A stretch of DNA of 64,000 nt, taken from assembly GCF_032444005.1 (NCBI RefSeq), contig NC_091283.1, positions 743,690,001-743,754,000 of the forward strand, in the 5' to 3' direction. This document shows positions 49,701 to 61,300 of the stretch, piece by piece. The position numbers and the translations under genes were made by a program. Below the pieces are notes generated by a model. That model was not told the DNA's origin, did not search any database, and saw nothing but the letters and a program-made list of their open reading frames with translations. The stretch comes from Ranitomeya imitator. Its lineage: Eukaryota. Numbering within the stretch: position 1 is the first letter of the stretch; every line of letters starts with the position of its first letter.

Positions 49701-52700
49701 CAAACATGGCTGCATCCCCAATCATCCGTCGGAATACACCCATTGGTACAGTATATTCTGAAGGATGATGGGGGTTGTGCTTCCCTTCAATGTGTGGTCA
49801 CCTCTCCCAAGGATCTTGGACTAGTGTAAATAACAAGTTTTACACTATACATTGTGCAGGGATAAGATATCTGATTGGTGGAGGCAGCTCAGCAACAGTT
49901 CCCTCCACCAATCAATATCTATCCCTGCAGAGGAGGAGGAGAATCATGTGGAGCTCAGAATTCTCCCTGCTGCCAGCTACCGGTATTTGCAGAGAAGTAC
50001 TGTAGCGCAGGTGCAGATCGAGAGCTCAGTAACCGAGAACTTTAACTGCGCATGCGCTGGTTCGGCAGCCATTTTCTTGAAGACACATACACTCATTCAG
50101 GAAATGAGAAACTCCGGATACCGGAAGTGCAATGGCGCTGGCCAGTATTAGGCAGCCAGTGCACAGCCGGAGATGACCGTGCCCCCACCCCCAGCCCTGC
50201 TGCATTGCCCCACCGGTGACCCTGCCTACTACAAGTCTGCTCCGCAGCTGCCGCCAGCCCCTCAGTAAGCAATATTTTCATCACTTTTCCCTATTTATTT
50301 CACTATTCCAATTGTAAGACGCACCCCCATTTCCTCCCCAATTTGGGGGAAATAAAAGTGCGTCTTACAAAGCGGAAAATACGGTATCTCAATAGCAACT
50401 GAGACACAATTCCAAGATTCTCCTCCCCCAGGCCGCAAAGAAGTCATATGGCATGATGGAAAGAATAACTTTAACAAAAGTTAAAAAAACAAATAAAAAT
50501 CATTGTAAGCCAGCTAGACATATATCCATTTATAAAACAGTCTTTAAACTTTGTCAGAAATCTTGCAGAGATAAAATCTCATCTTTGGTTGGTGATCACC
50601 TAAATCTAATATGTACTAGAACTGGAATGGGGAGATGGATGAAAAGGAAAAAAACAATACATTGGACACATATAATTTGTTAATGATTTTTGGTTGTGAT
50701 TGACATTGTAAAAATAAATTATTAGACTATAGAATATTAGATGAATGCATTGTACAGATGTCAATGTACAGTACATAAGACTACACCAGCTACAACATCT
50801 GATCATTTTATCTCATTCAAAAATACCAGTCTTCTTTGTTAGATTTAAAAACTGTTTAGTTATGTTACATATCACATACTAAAGCAGTTTCCATGCAGAT
50901 TTAACTTAAAAAACGCAAATGTGGATTATCTTAACCAAATTTGCAGAATTTCAAATTGCAAATCCGTGGCAGAATTTTGAGGGTCAGCCTCAGGTTTCAG
51001 GCTCATACTCATTTGCTAGAAAAATGGACGAGTGCAATCTGATAAAAAAAAAAATTGTATTGCACTCTGACTAATGTTATTCTATGATTCTCTGCTGATC
51101 TGCGATTTTTTTTCTCAGCTCAGATCAGGCAGAGAAAACAAAAATTGCAGCATGCTGCAATTGTCCTCATATCCTGGACATGACTCACCAGTGCAAGTCA
51201 ATGAGTGTGATAAAAAAAAAAAAAATTCACGGCACGTACAGTAAAATCACAGCGTGACATGACATGTTAGAATAGATAGATATAAAGATGTCAGTCACAT
51301 TTATAGTTAGTACAGTGCTTGTGCAGCTTACTGTACATGTATTTTATTACTAAATAAATTATTTTCTGAAAAAAAATGGTGTGAGATTCCCCCAAATTTT
51401 ATTAACCAGCAGAGGGAAGCGGACAGCTGGTGGCAGATGCTTATAGCATTGGAAGGGGGTAATACCCATGGAGCTTCCTAGGTGATTAATATCAGCTCAC
51501 AGCAGTATACTTAGCCTTTACTGGTAATTAAAATGGGGGACCCCCCAAAAAAATGACGCAAGGTATCTGTATATATATGTGTGTGTGTGTGTGTGTATAT
51601 ATATTTGTGGTGAAGAATATTTCCTTGGAAAACTATGTGTAAATCACACAGAGAAATACTCTATGTAAAAGCACATGTTAAAATCGCATTGCAATCAGAT
51701 TGCATTCATACGCCAATCGGATGTCATCCGGATACTAGGTGATAAAAAAAAATCACATTGTACTAGCATGGAAATCGCATGATACTTGCATGACACTCGT
51801 CCCATTTATCAGGACTAATATCGGATCTTTTTTTTATGGTGATGATTATGAGCCCTTCTGAGGATTTCAGGGCATATGGAAGATTTCTCCCATTTTTTTT
51901 TTTTAATGCAGGTTTTTCGAGGCACAGTCAGAAGATAATTCAAAGGGAATCAGAAGGAAGCACTTATCATTCTTCCTGACCTTTGGCTAAAAAATGCAAA
52001 TAAACCTGCATTAACAAACCGTTCTGTGTTTCTAGTCTCTAACTAATGGAAAAAAAAACATATTTTTCACTTTGATTAGTCTGGTTGGCAGGTAGTGTAC
52101 ACATGTTCTATTCTAAAAAACAGGGTAGGCGCAGGATACCTGCCGACGTCTTGTGTAGACGCAATGTCATCAGAACTGATCACCTCTTGTTGACAGAGTG
52201 AATGACAATGGACAAATTTTGTCTCAGTAGCCTTGCACTGATGCTGACATATATAGCATGTATCTTATATGGCCACTGAAGCCAGGGATTGAATACATTA
52301 GTCATAAGACTAATGTACAACACATTAATAGCTATATGACTTAGGAGAAAATGCAACTGGCCGGGCTAGGAAAGAGGAGATTTTGAAATGTGTATTCTGA
52401 TTATTCTGATGTTATAAAATTGCCAGCTGTTAGGCCGGGGTTACACTAGAGAGAAATACAGACGTAAGAGAGGCGCAAAAACAACGCATTGCACACGAAC
52501 CAATGTTTCTCTATAGGGCAGCTTGCCATATGTTTCTCGGCCGTATTTTACTGGCTGAGAAAATCGCAGCATGCTGCGTTTGTCAGCGTATTGTGCAAAA
52601 AATCCACCAATTAAAGTCTGTGGGGGAGAGAAAAATACGGATTACACACGGACCATCAGTGTGACTTGCGAGAAATAGGCATCGGTGTTCTATAGAAAAG

Positions 52701-52782
52701 CTGGTAAGTCAGTGCGGTGTACAGTAAAATCACATTGAAAGGTTAGAATAGAATAGCTAAAATAAATGTCCACACATAGAAT

Positions 52783-52847
<65 letters not shown>

Positions 52848-52852
<5 letters not shown>

Positions 52853-54107
52853 TGGTGGCCCGATTCTAACGCATCGGGTATTCTAGAATATGCATGCCCA
52901 CGTAGTATATTGCACAACCACGCAGTATATTGCCCAACCACGTAGTATATTGCCCAGCCACGTAGTATATTGCCCAGCCACGTAGTATATTGCCCAGCCA
53001 CGTAGTATATTGCCCAGCCACATAGTATATTGCCCAGCCACATATTATATTGCCCAGCCACATAGTATATTGCCCAGCCACATAGTATATTGCCCAGCCA
53101 AGTAGTATATTGCCCAGCCAAGTAGTATATTGCCCAGTCACGTAGTATATTGCCCAGTCACGTAGTATATTGCCCAGTCACGTAGTATATTGCCCAGTCA
53201 CGTAGTATATTGCCCAGTCACATAGTATATTGCCCAGTCACATAGTATATAGCCCAGTCACATAGTATATTGCACATCCCGCGTAGTATATTGCACAGCC
53301 CGCGTAGTATATTGCACAGCCCGCGTAGTATATTGCTCAGCCAGCGTAGTATATTGCACAGCCCGCGCAGTATATTGCACAGCCCGTGCAGTATATTGCC
53401 CAGCCCGCATAGTATATTGCACAGCCCACGTAGTATATAGCAACGTGGGCATCATTTCCCTGTTAAAAAAAAAAGAATTAAAATAAAAAATAGTTATATA
53501 CTCACCCTCCATTGGCCCCTGGATCCAGGAAGCGTTTACTGACGCTCCTTGCGTGCTCCGGTCTCAAGAGTGCATTGCGGTCTCGCGAGATGATGATGTA
53601 GCGGTCTCACGAGACTGCAATGTCATCATCTTGTGAGAACGCAATGCATGGACCGGTCACCAGAGCATTGCGAGGAGCGGGAAATGCGCCGGAAGGTGAG
53701 TATATGATGTTTTTTTTATTTTTTTAAATTATTTTTAACATTAGATCTTTTTACTATTGATGCTGCATAGGCAGCATCTATAGTAAAAAAGTTGGTCACA
53801 CAGGGTTAATAACAGCGTTAATGGAGTGCGTTACACCGCGGCATAACGCGGTCCATTAGCGCTGCCATTAACCCTGTGTGAGCGCTGACTGGAGGGGAGT
53901 ATGGAGCAGGCACTGACAGCGGGGAGGAAGGAGCGGCCATGTTGCCGCCGGACTGCGCCCGTCGCTGATTGGTCGTGGCAATGGTCGTGGGCGTTTTGCC
54001 ACGACCAATCAGCGACTTGGATTTCCATGACAGAGGCCACGACCAATGAATATCCGTGACAGAAAGACAGATAGACAGACAGACAGACGGAAGTGACCCT
54101 TAGACAA

Positions 54108-54143
<36 letters not shown>
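52848..54143 (-). mobile_element. Non-autonomous Helitron (~1.3 kb)
   Basis: Minus-strand 3' end: hairpin CCCGAT-gcgttaga-ATCGGG (52859-52878), then CTAA (CTRR) followed by T; 5' end merges with a (TA)n tract; terminal TC not preserved. Confidence 0.8.
52899..53440 (+). repeat. 20-bp minisatellite CACGTAGTATATTGCCCAGC, ~27 copies
   Basis: Visible tandem units. Confidence 0.95.
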
Positions 54144-54146
<3 letters not shown>

Positions 54147-54981
54147 ATTGACACACACATAAACATATATATCATATCCCTTATATTTTTACATATTCCT
54201 CACTAATAATGTTAGAAGTGTCTGTGTGTAAATTTTGGGAGCAATTTATTTTAACAATAAAGGGTTAAATCACAGAAAAAACTGGCGTGGGCTCCGGCGC
54301 AATTTTCTCCACCAGAGTGGGAATGCCAGTGACTGTGGGCAGATATTAATAGCCTAGAGAGGAACCATGGTTATTGCCCCCCCCCTGGCTAAAAACATCT
54401 GCCCCCAGCCAGCCCACAAAAGGCGCATCTGTTAAGATTCGCCTATTCTGGCACTTAGCCTCTCTCTTCCCACTCCCCTGTAGCGGTGGGATATAGGGCA
54501 ATAAGGGGTTAATGTCACCTTGCAAATGTAAGGTGACATTAAGCCAAGTTAATAATGGAGAGATGTCAATAAGACACCTATCCATTATTAATGCAATAGT
54601 AATAAAGGGTTAAATAAACACACACACATTATGAATAAAGTATTTTAATTAAATAAATACACATGGGTTTTAATATCTTTATTGTAATTTCAATCCAACT
54701 GACAACCCTCAATCTTCTGAGAAAAATTGAAAAATAAAAAACACCAATTTCCCATACCTGTCCGCCGTACAGTCATGTCCCACAATGTAAATCCATCTGA
54801 AGGGGTTAAATAATTTTACAACCAGGAGCCTGCTAATGCAGCTGCCCCTGGCTGTAAAAACTGGGGAATGAATGGAATGCAGCTTTGGTGACTTGCGGTG
54901 CTGTGCCCCCTGGTGGCATAAACTCCTACGAACTCTAGCGTGGGAATTTTTCTGAATATTTTCTCTCTCTCTCTATCTCTA

Positions 54982-54984
<3 letters not shown>

Positions 54985-55067
<83 letters not shown>
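54985..55067. repeat. (TA)n microsatellite; others at ~33229-33262, ~34869-34891, ~52786-52847, ~54113-54143
   Basis: Direct observation. Confidence 0.95.
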
Positions 55068-55070
<3 letters not shown>

Positions 55071-55717
55071 ATTACATGTCTATTTTGCAAGCCGGCAAGA
55101 AAATCATACCTTGCCAACTGATGACATACGGATCACTGTTCAGGGAACATTTCTGCGTATTTGGTCCGTAAAAAACGGACTGTATTTTTATACATTGTGT
55201 GTGACTTTAGTTGAGTTGCAAAAATATTAGGACAACCACTTCACAATATTAGTTATATTGTCTTTAAGATATAGGAGACCAGCAATATCTACTTATCAAT
55301 GGGCAAATGGAGCCAGGCTTTGCTACAGTAGATGTAGCCATTTACACATATTGTCTAGAGGTTTTTTTTATCTCTTCACCATCCACTGTTTCAGATTATT
55401 CTGCTTAGATGTTATCAAAATAGATGCAGTACTTTTGCCAATGGATCGCGCTGTGAATCTCCATCAAAATCCACATGTTTTATATAAAGATTTGGCATAG
55501 ATTTGTGGTGAATTTTTCCATATGCATTACAAATGGTTAAATCTGCAATGATAATACTCATAAGGCAATTGGCATGCTGCATATATAGAGCCCTCACCAT
55601 ATCACATCCTCTATGGATTCTACGTGCATTGTGTTGATGAGATTTATTAAAATTCCTACTGTAATATGCCTTAGATTTTAACCTTCGTCAGGCTGCATAA
55701 TTTTACAACGTTAACAG

Positions 55718-55851
55718 NNNNNNNNNNNNNNNNNNNNNNNNNNNNNNNNNNNNNNNNNNNNNNNNNNNNNNNNNNNNNNNNNNNNNNNNNNNNNNNNNNN
55801 NNNNNNNNNNNNNNNNNNNNNNNNNNNNNNNNNNNNNNNNNNNNNNNNNNN
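55718..55851. other. Assembly gap (134 N)
   Basis: Run of N. Confidence 1.
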
Positions 55852-56722
55852 TATTCTGGACTAAAACTGCAGAGATGTCACGAAATTTCAGCCCTCTACG
55901 GCTTTTCGAAAAAAAAAGTTATTGCAATTTTAAAACGGAATAGTTACAATTGTACCTACTCAGCCGGACGAAGGTTAAACAAACAAATCGAAATAAAAAA
56001 TCTGCAGTGTATTCACCATGTGCCAACAAACTTTTACACCCTTAGCTTATAGTATATTTTATATTCTCATCTGGTATAATTTGTGCTATTAGTATATTAT
56101 TGTATAACATGTCTGCCAATTCGCATCTCCTGTGATTCTGCTTTGGCAGCAGGGAAGCGGCTTGCCTTTATTGCTGGTGATGCCTGACAGCAATAGTCCT
56201 ATTTTTTCCTCTGACTTTTGGTGCTGCTTTATCAGGGAGATATGGGGTTAATTTTGGTCTGGGTTTGAACACTCCTTCTTTAAAGACCTAAGGGGACTGT
56301 CAGCTATTTAATGTCTGAAGCTTTCACTTCCACTGCCAGTCAATAGTTCTGCTTACCTGGTCTATAAGACTGTTCTGTGCTCCTATTATTTTGTCCTGAT
56401 TTATCCCATATCTGACCTCGGCTTGTATTTTGATCACCAGTTTACTTTCTGATTTTGACATGGATGTGACATCTTGGTATCAACTCCACATGATGATCCT
56501 TCTTTCCACCAGCTTGCTCCATTGCAGTTGACTCTGTTGTCCCAGTCCAGGAGTCCTCTGGTAAGTCCAGATCCATGTAGAGGATTTAAAGGGTGAAGGC
56601 CAGGGCAATCCCTGAGATCTGGTAAACAGAGTGACTTGCCCTAAGCTTTATCTGTTAACAGTTGCCAGGCATCAACGAACAGTGCAGCTATGACACATTG
56701 CAATTGTCGGAGGTTTACTTGA

Positions 56723-57223
56723 TGTTACTGAACTGCAACATAGAACTAGGATAGAAGGCAGAAAACTGACCCTGCACTGAGACTAGGCTGATACCCTATG
56801 ATGAAGTGGGCGACCCATTCCTTGCGAATAGACCCACCGACGATCCTAGGTTAATCTCGGCGATGACCTATAGAGAGGGGAAAGGAGGTCCCTGAAAGAT
56901 CTAAGGACTGGGTATAAAAACAGGTCACCTCCTAATAGAAAACACAGAGACGGCTGTAGAAACCAACTGAAAACAGAAACTAAAAATAGCAGAACCAGAG
57001 ATCCCAGAACTGCACAATATCAAACACAGAAAGCTATCAAACCACCTAGCCAGAACTCTAGCGGATTAACACTGTTGCCAACAAGGAATGGGAGGCAGGT
57101 GCTGGGTAATAACGGGTGATACAATCACCTGACTTAAGACAACCCAGCACCAGGGGATAATGACCAGCAGCCAGAAAACCACAACAAGATGGCGGATGGT
57201 CAAAAACAAAACAGATTCTAACA
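56723..57223. mobile_element. Solo LTR (501 bp)
   Basis: TGTTA ... TAACA ends; TSD CTTGA (56718-56722) / CTTAA (57224-57228), 4/5 match. Confidence 0.7.
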
Positions 57224-57421
57224 CTTAAATATAGAATTAAGAAAAATAAAATTAATCAATTGAAATAAAAGATGTAGTTCCTTACCCATAACGAGAGTGC
57301 TCAGAGCCCATGATAGCACCACAAAGAGAGGGGATCCACCCTTCAAGGACAGGAAACCTACAGACAAAAAGGGCGGTACTTCTCTCTCGCTTCAGTTGTT
57401 AACAGTGCACGAGAGGACCTC

Positions 57422-58224
57422 TGTTGTGAATTCTGTGGCAGAGTTCACTCCTGTGGTCACAAGTGGTACTTCGGCTGATTCTCTCTGGGAGCTTCCGTTT
57501 GTGGAGGAAAGTGGTACTGCAGCTTCTGAGTTTCCTCCCTCAGGTGATCTGGTGAGGTCGTTAGCTGCTTCTCTACTTAACTCCACCTGATGCTGTGATC
57601 CATGCTTCCTGTCAATGTTCCAGTGTTGGACTTGTGTTTCTCTGGATCATTCCTGTGGCCTGCTGCTCTGCATAGCTAAGTGCTTCTTTGCTATTTGTTG
57701 CTATTTTTTCTGTCCAGCTTGTCTATTTGTTTTGCTGGAAGCTCTGGGACGCAAAGGGTGTACCTCCGTGCCGTTAGTTCGGTACGGAGGGTCTTTTTGC
57801 CCCCTTTGCGTGGTTTTCTTTAGGGTTTTGTGTAGACCGCAAAGTTATCTTTCCTATCCTCGTTCTGTCTAGAATATCGGGCCTCACTTTGCTGAATCTA
57901 TTTCATCCCTACGTTTGTCTTTTCATCTTACTCACAGTCATTATATGTGGAGGGCTGCCTTTTCCTTTGGGGTATTTCTCTGAGGCAAGGTAGGCTTATT
58001 TTTCTATCTTCAGGCTAGTTAGTTTCTCAGGCTGTGCCGAGTTGCATAGGGAGCGTTAGGCGCAATCCACAGCTGCCTCTAGTTGTGTTTGGAGAGGATC
58101 AGGAATTGCGGTCTACAGAGTTTCCACGTCTCAGAGCTCGTTCAATTATTTTGGGTTATTGTCAGATCACTGTATGTGCTCTGATCGCTATGTACATTGT
58201 GATACTGAATTGCCTATCATAGCA
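57422..58224 (+). repeat. 5' LTR
   Basis: Matches 62423-63225 except at 57951, 58144, 58202 and 58222 (by-eye comparison). Confidence 0.97.
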
Positions 58225-58226
58225 GT

Positions 58227-58235
58227 ACAGGAAGC
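58227..58235 (+). promoter_or_regulatory. Candidate self-priming primer-binding site (ACAGGAAGC)
   Basis: Exact reverse complement of LTR 57604-57612 (GCTTCCTGT), which lies 30 nt after TATA-like TACTTAA (57574); no TGG tRNA-type PBS. Confidence 0.7.
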
Positions 58236-58360
58236 CAAAAGTACTAATGATTCTCAATAGAGGGAAAAAAGAAGTTCTGAGACCATTTTTTTTCCTTTGC
58301 ACTGTGATTTGTCTTTTTTTTCCCCTAGACATTTGGGTGGTTCAGGACACAGGTGTTACA

Positions 58361-61300
58361 ATGGACATTAAAGGTCTGTCTTCATGTGTAAATCAGCTCA
58401 CGGCAAGAGTTCAAGATATTCAAAATTTTGTGGTTCAGAATTCTTTGTTAGAACCGAGAATTCCTATTCCAGATTTGTTTTTTGGAGATAGAACTAAATT
58501 TCTGAGTTTCAAGAATAATTGTAAACTGTTTCTGGCTTTGAAACCTCGCTCCTCTGGTGACCCAGCGCAACAGGTTAGGATCGTCATTTCTTTTTTGCGT
58601 GGCGACCCTCAGGACTGGGCATTTTCTCTTGCGTCAGGAGATCCTGCATTGAGTGATATTGATGCGTTTTTCCTGGCGCTTGGATTGCTGTACGATGAGC
58701 CTAATTCAGTAGATCAGGCAGAAAAAAATTTGCTGGCTCTTTGTCAGGCTCAGGATGAGATAGAGCTATATTGCCAGAAATTTAGAAAATGGTCCGTGCT
58801 CACTCAATGGAATGAATCTGCGCTTGCAGTCATTTTCAGAAAGGGTCTCTCTGAAGCCATTAAGGATGTCATGGTGGGATTTCCTATGCCCGCTGGTTTG
58901 AATGAGTCTATGTCTTTGGCCATTCAGATCGGTCGACGCTTGCGTGAGCGTAAATCTGTGTACCATTTGGCGGTATTACCTGAGATTAAACCTGAGCCTA
59001 TGCAGTGCGATAGGACTATGACCAGAGTTGAACGGCAAGAACACAGACGACTGAATGGGCTGTGTTTCTACTGTGGTGATTCCACTCATGCTATCTCTGA
59101 TTGTCCTAAGCGCACTAAGCGGTTCGCTAGGTCTGCCGCCATTGGTACTGTACAGTCAAAATTTCTTCTGTCCGTTACCTTGATATGCTCCTTGTCGTCG
59201 TATTCTGTCATGGCGTTTGTGGATTCAGGCGCTGCCCTGAATTTGATGGACTTGGATTATGCTAAACGTTGTGGGTTTTTATTGGAGCCCTTGCAGTGTC
59301 CTATTCCATTGAGAAGAATTGATGCTACACCTTTGGCCAAGAATAAGCCTCAATACTGGACCCAGCTGACCATGTGCATGGCTCCTGCACATCAGGAGGA
59401 TATTCGCTTTCTGGTGTTGCATAATCGGCATGATGTGGTCGTGTTGGGGTTGCCATGGCTACAAGCCCATAATCCAGTATTGGATTGGAATTCCATGTTG
59501 GTGTCCAGCTGGGGTTGTCAGGGGGTACATGGTGATGTTCCATTTCTGTCAATTTCATCATCCACCCCTTCTGAGGTTCCAGAGTTCTTGTCTGATTACC
59601 GGGATGTATTTGATGAGCCCAAGTCCGATGCCCTACCTCCGCATAGGGATTGTGATTGTGCTATCAATTTGATTCCTGGTAGTAAATTCCCAAAAGGTCG
59701 ACTGTTTAATTTATCCGTGCCTGAGCACACCGCTATGCGCAGTTATGTGAAGGAATCCCTGGAGAAGGGGCATATTCGCCCGTCATCGTCGCCATTAGGA
59801 GCAGGGTTCTTTTTTGTAGCCAAGAAGGATGGTTCACTGAGACCGTGTATAGATTACTGCCTTCTTAATAAGATCACTGTTAAATTTCAGTACCCCTTGC
59901 CATTGTTATCTGATTTGTTTGCTCTGATTAAGGGGGCTAGTTGGTTCACTAAGATAGATCTTCGTGGTGCATATAATCTGGTGAGAATCAGGCAAGGCGA
60001 TGAATGGAAAACTGCATTTAATACGCCCGAGGGTCTTTTTGAGTATCTAGTGATGCCGTTCGGCCTTGCCAATGCTCCATCAGTGTTTCAATCCTTTATG
60101 CATGACATCTTCCGTGAGTACCTGGATAAATTCCTGATTGTGTACTTGGATGACATTTTGATCTTCTCGGATGATTGGGAGTCTCATGTGAAGCAGGTCA
60201 GAACGGTTTTTCAGGTCCTGCGTGCTAATTCTTTGTTTGTGAAGGGATCAAAGTGTCTCTTTGGTGTGGAGAAGCTTTCATTTTTGGGGTTCATCTTTTC
60301 CCCTTCTACTATCGAGATGGATCCGGTTAAGGTCCAAGCCATCCATGATTGGACTCAGCCGACATCTCTGAAAAGTCTGCAAAAGTTCCTGGGCTTTGCT
60401 AATTTTTATCGTCGCTTCATCTGCAATTTTTCTAGTGTTGCCAAACCATTGACCGATTTGACCAAGAAGGGTGCTGATTTGGTCAATTGGTCTTCTGCTG
60501 CTGTGGAAGCTTTTCAAGAGTTGAAGCGTCGTTTTTCTTCTGCCCATGTGTTGTGTCAACCAGATGTTTCTCTTCCGTTCCAGGTCGAGGTTGATGCTTC
60601 TGAGATTGGAGCAGGGGCTGTTTTGTCACAGAGAGGTTCTGGTTGCTCAGTGTTCAAACCATGCACTTTCTTTTCCAGGAAGTTTTCGCCTGCTGAGCGA
60701 AATTATGATGTGGGCAACCGAGAGTTGCTGGCCATGAAGTGGGCATTCGAGGAGTGGCGTCATTGGCTTGAAGGAGCTAAGCATCGCGTGGTGGTATTGA
60801 CTGATCATAAGAACTTGACTTATCTCGAGTCTGCCAAGCGCTTGAATCCTAGACAAGCCCGTTGGTCGTTGTTTTTTGCCCGTTTTGACTTTGTGATTTC
60901 GTACCTTCCGGGCTCTAAAAATGTGAAGGCGGATGCTCTGTCTAGGAGTTTTGTGCCCGACTCTCCGGGTTTATCTGAGCCGGCGGGTATCCTCAAGGAA
61001 GGAGTAATTGTGTCTGCCATCTCCCCTGATTTGCGGCGGGTGCTGCAAAAATTTCAGGCTAATAAACCTGATCGTTGCCCAGCGGAGAAACTGTTTGTCC
61101 CTGATAGGTGGACGAATAGAGTTATCTCTGAACTTCATTGTTCGGTGTTGGCTGGTCATCCTGGAATCTTTGGTACCAGAGAGTTAGTGGCTAGATCCTT
61201 TTGGTGGCCGTCTCTGTCGCGGGATGTGCGTACTTTCGTGCAGTCCTGTGGGATTTGTGCTCGGGCTAAGCCCTGCTGTTCTCGTGCCAGTGGGTTGCTT

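Larger units (their letters stand above)
45888..50384 (-). mobile_element. pogo-family transposon with decayed transposase and a large internal minisatellite
   Basis: TIR GTATTTTTCGCTTTATAAGACGCAC (45890) / GTGCGTCTTACAAAGCGGAAAATACGG (ends 50384); TA flanks at 45886-45887 and 50385-50386. Confidence 0.85.

Noticed and set aside
39030-53440. Regular short repeat arrays (39.0-39.8, 41.6-42.1, 48.0-49.7, 52.9-53.4 kb) as CRISPR-like arrays
   Set aside because: Units are head-to-tail with no unique spacers, there are no cas genes, and the context is eukaryotic TE DNA
50950-55210. One large MITE enclosing the second Helitron, and other MITE fragments at 51-52.8 kb
   Set aside because: MITE-like ends are visible, but TIR pairing and TSDs could not be established by eye
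58247-58360. 38-aa N-terminal extension in the ORF track
   Set aside because: It lies in the PBS/leader region, is low complexity, and Gag-like sequence begins at MDIK (58361)
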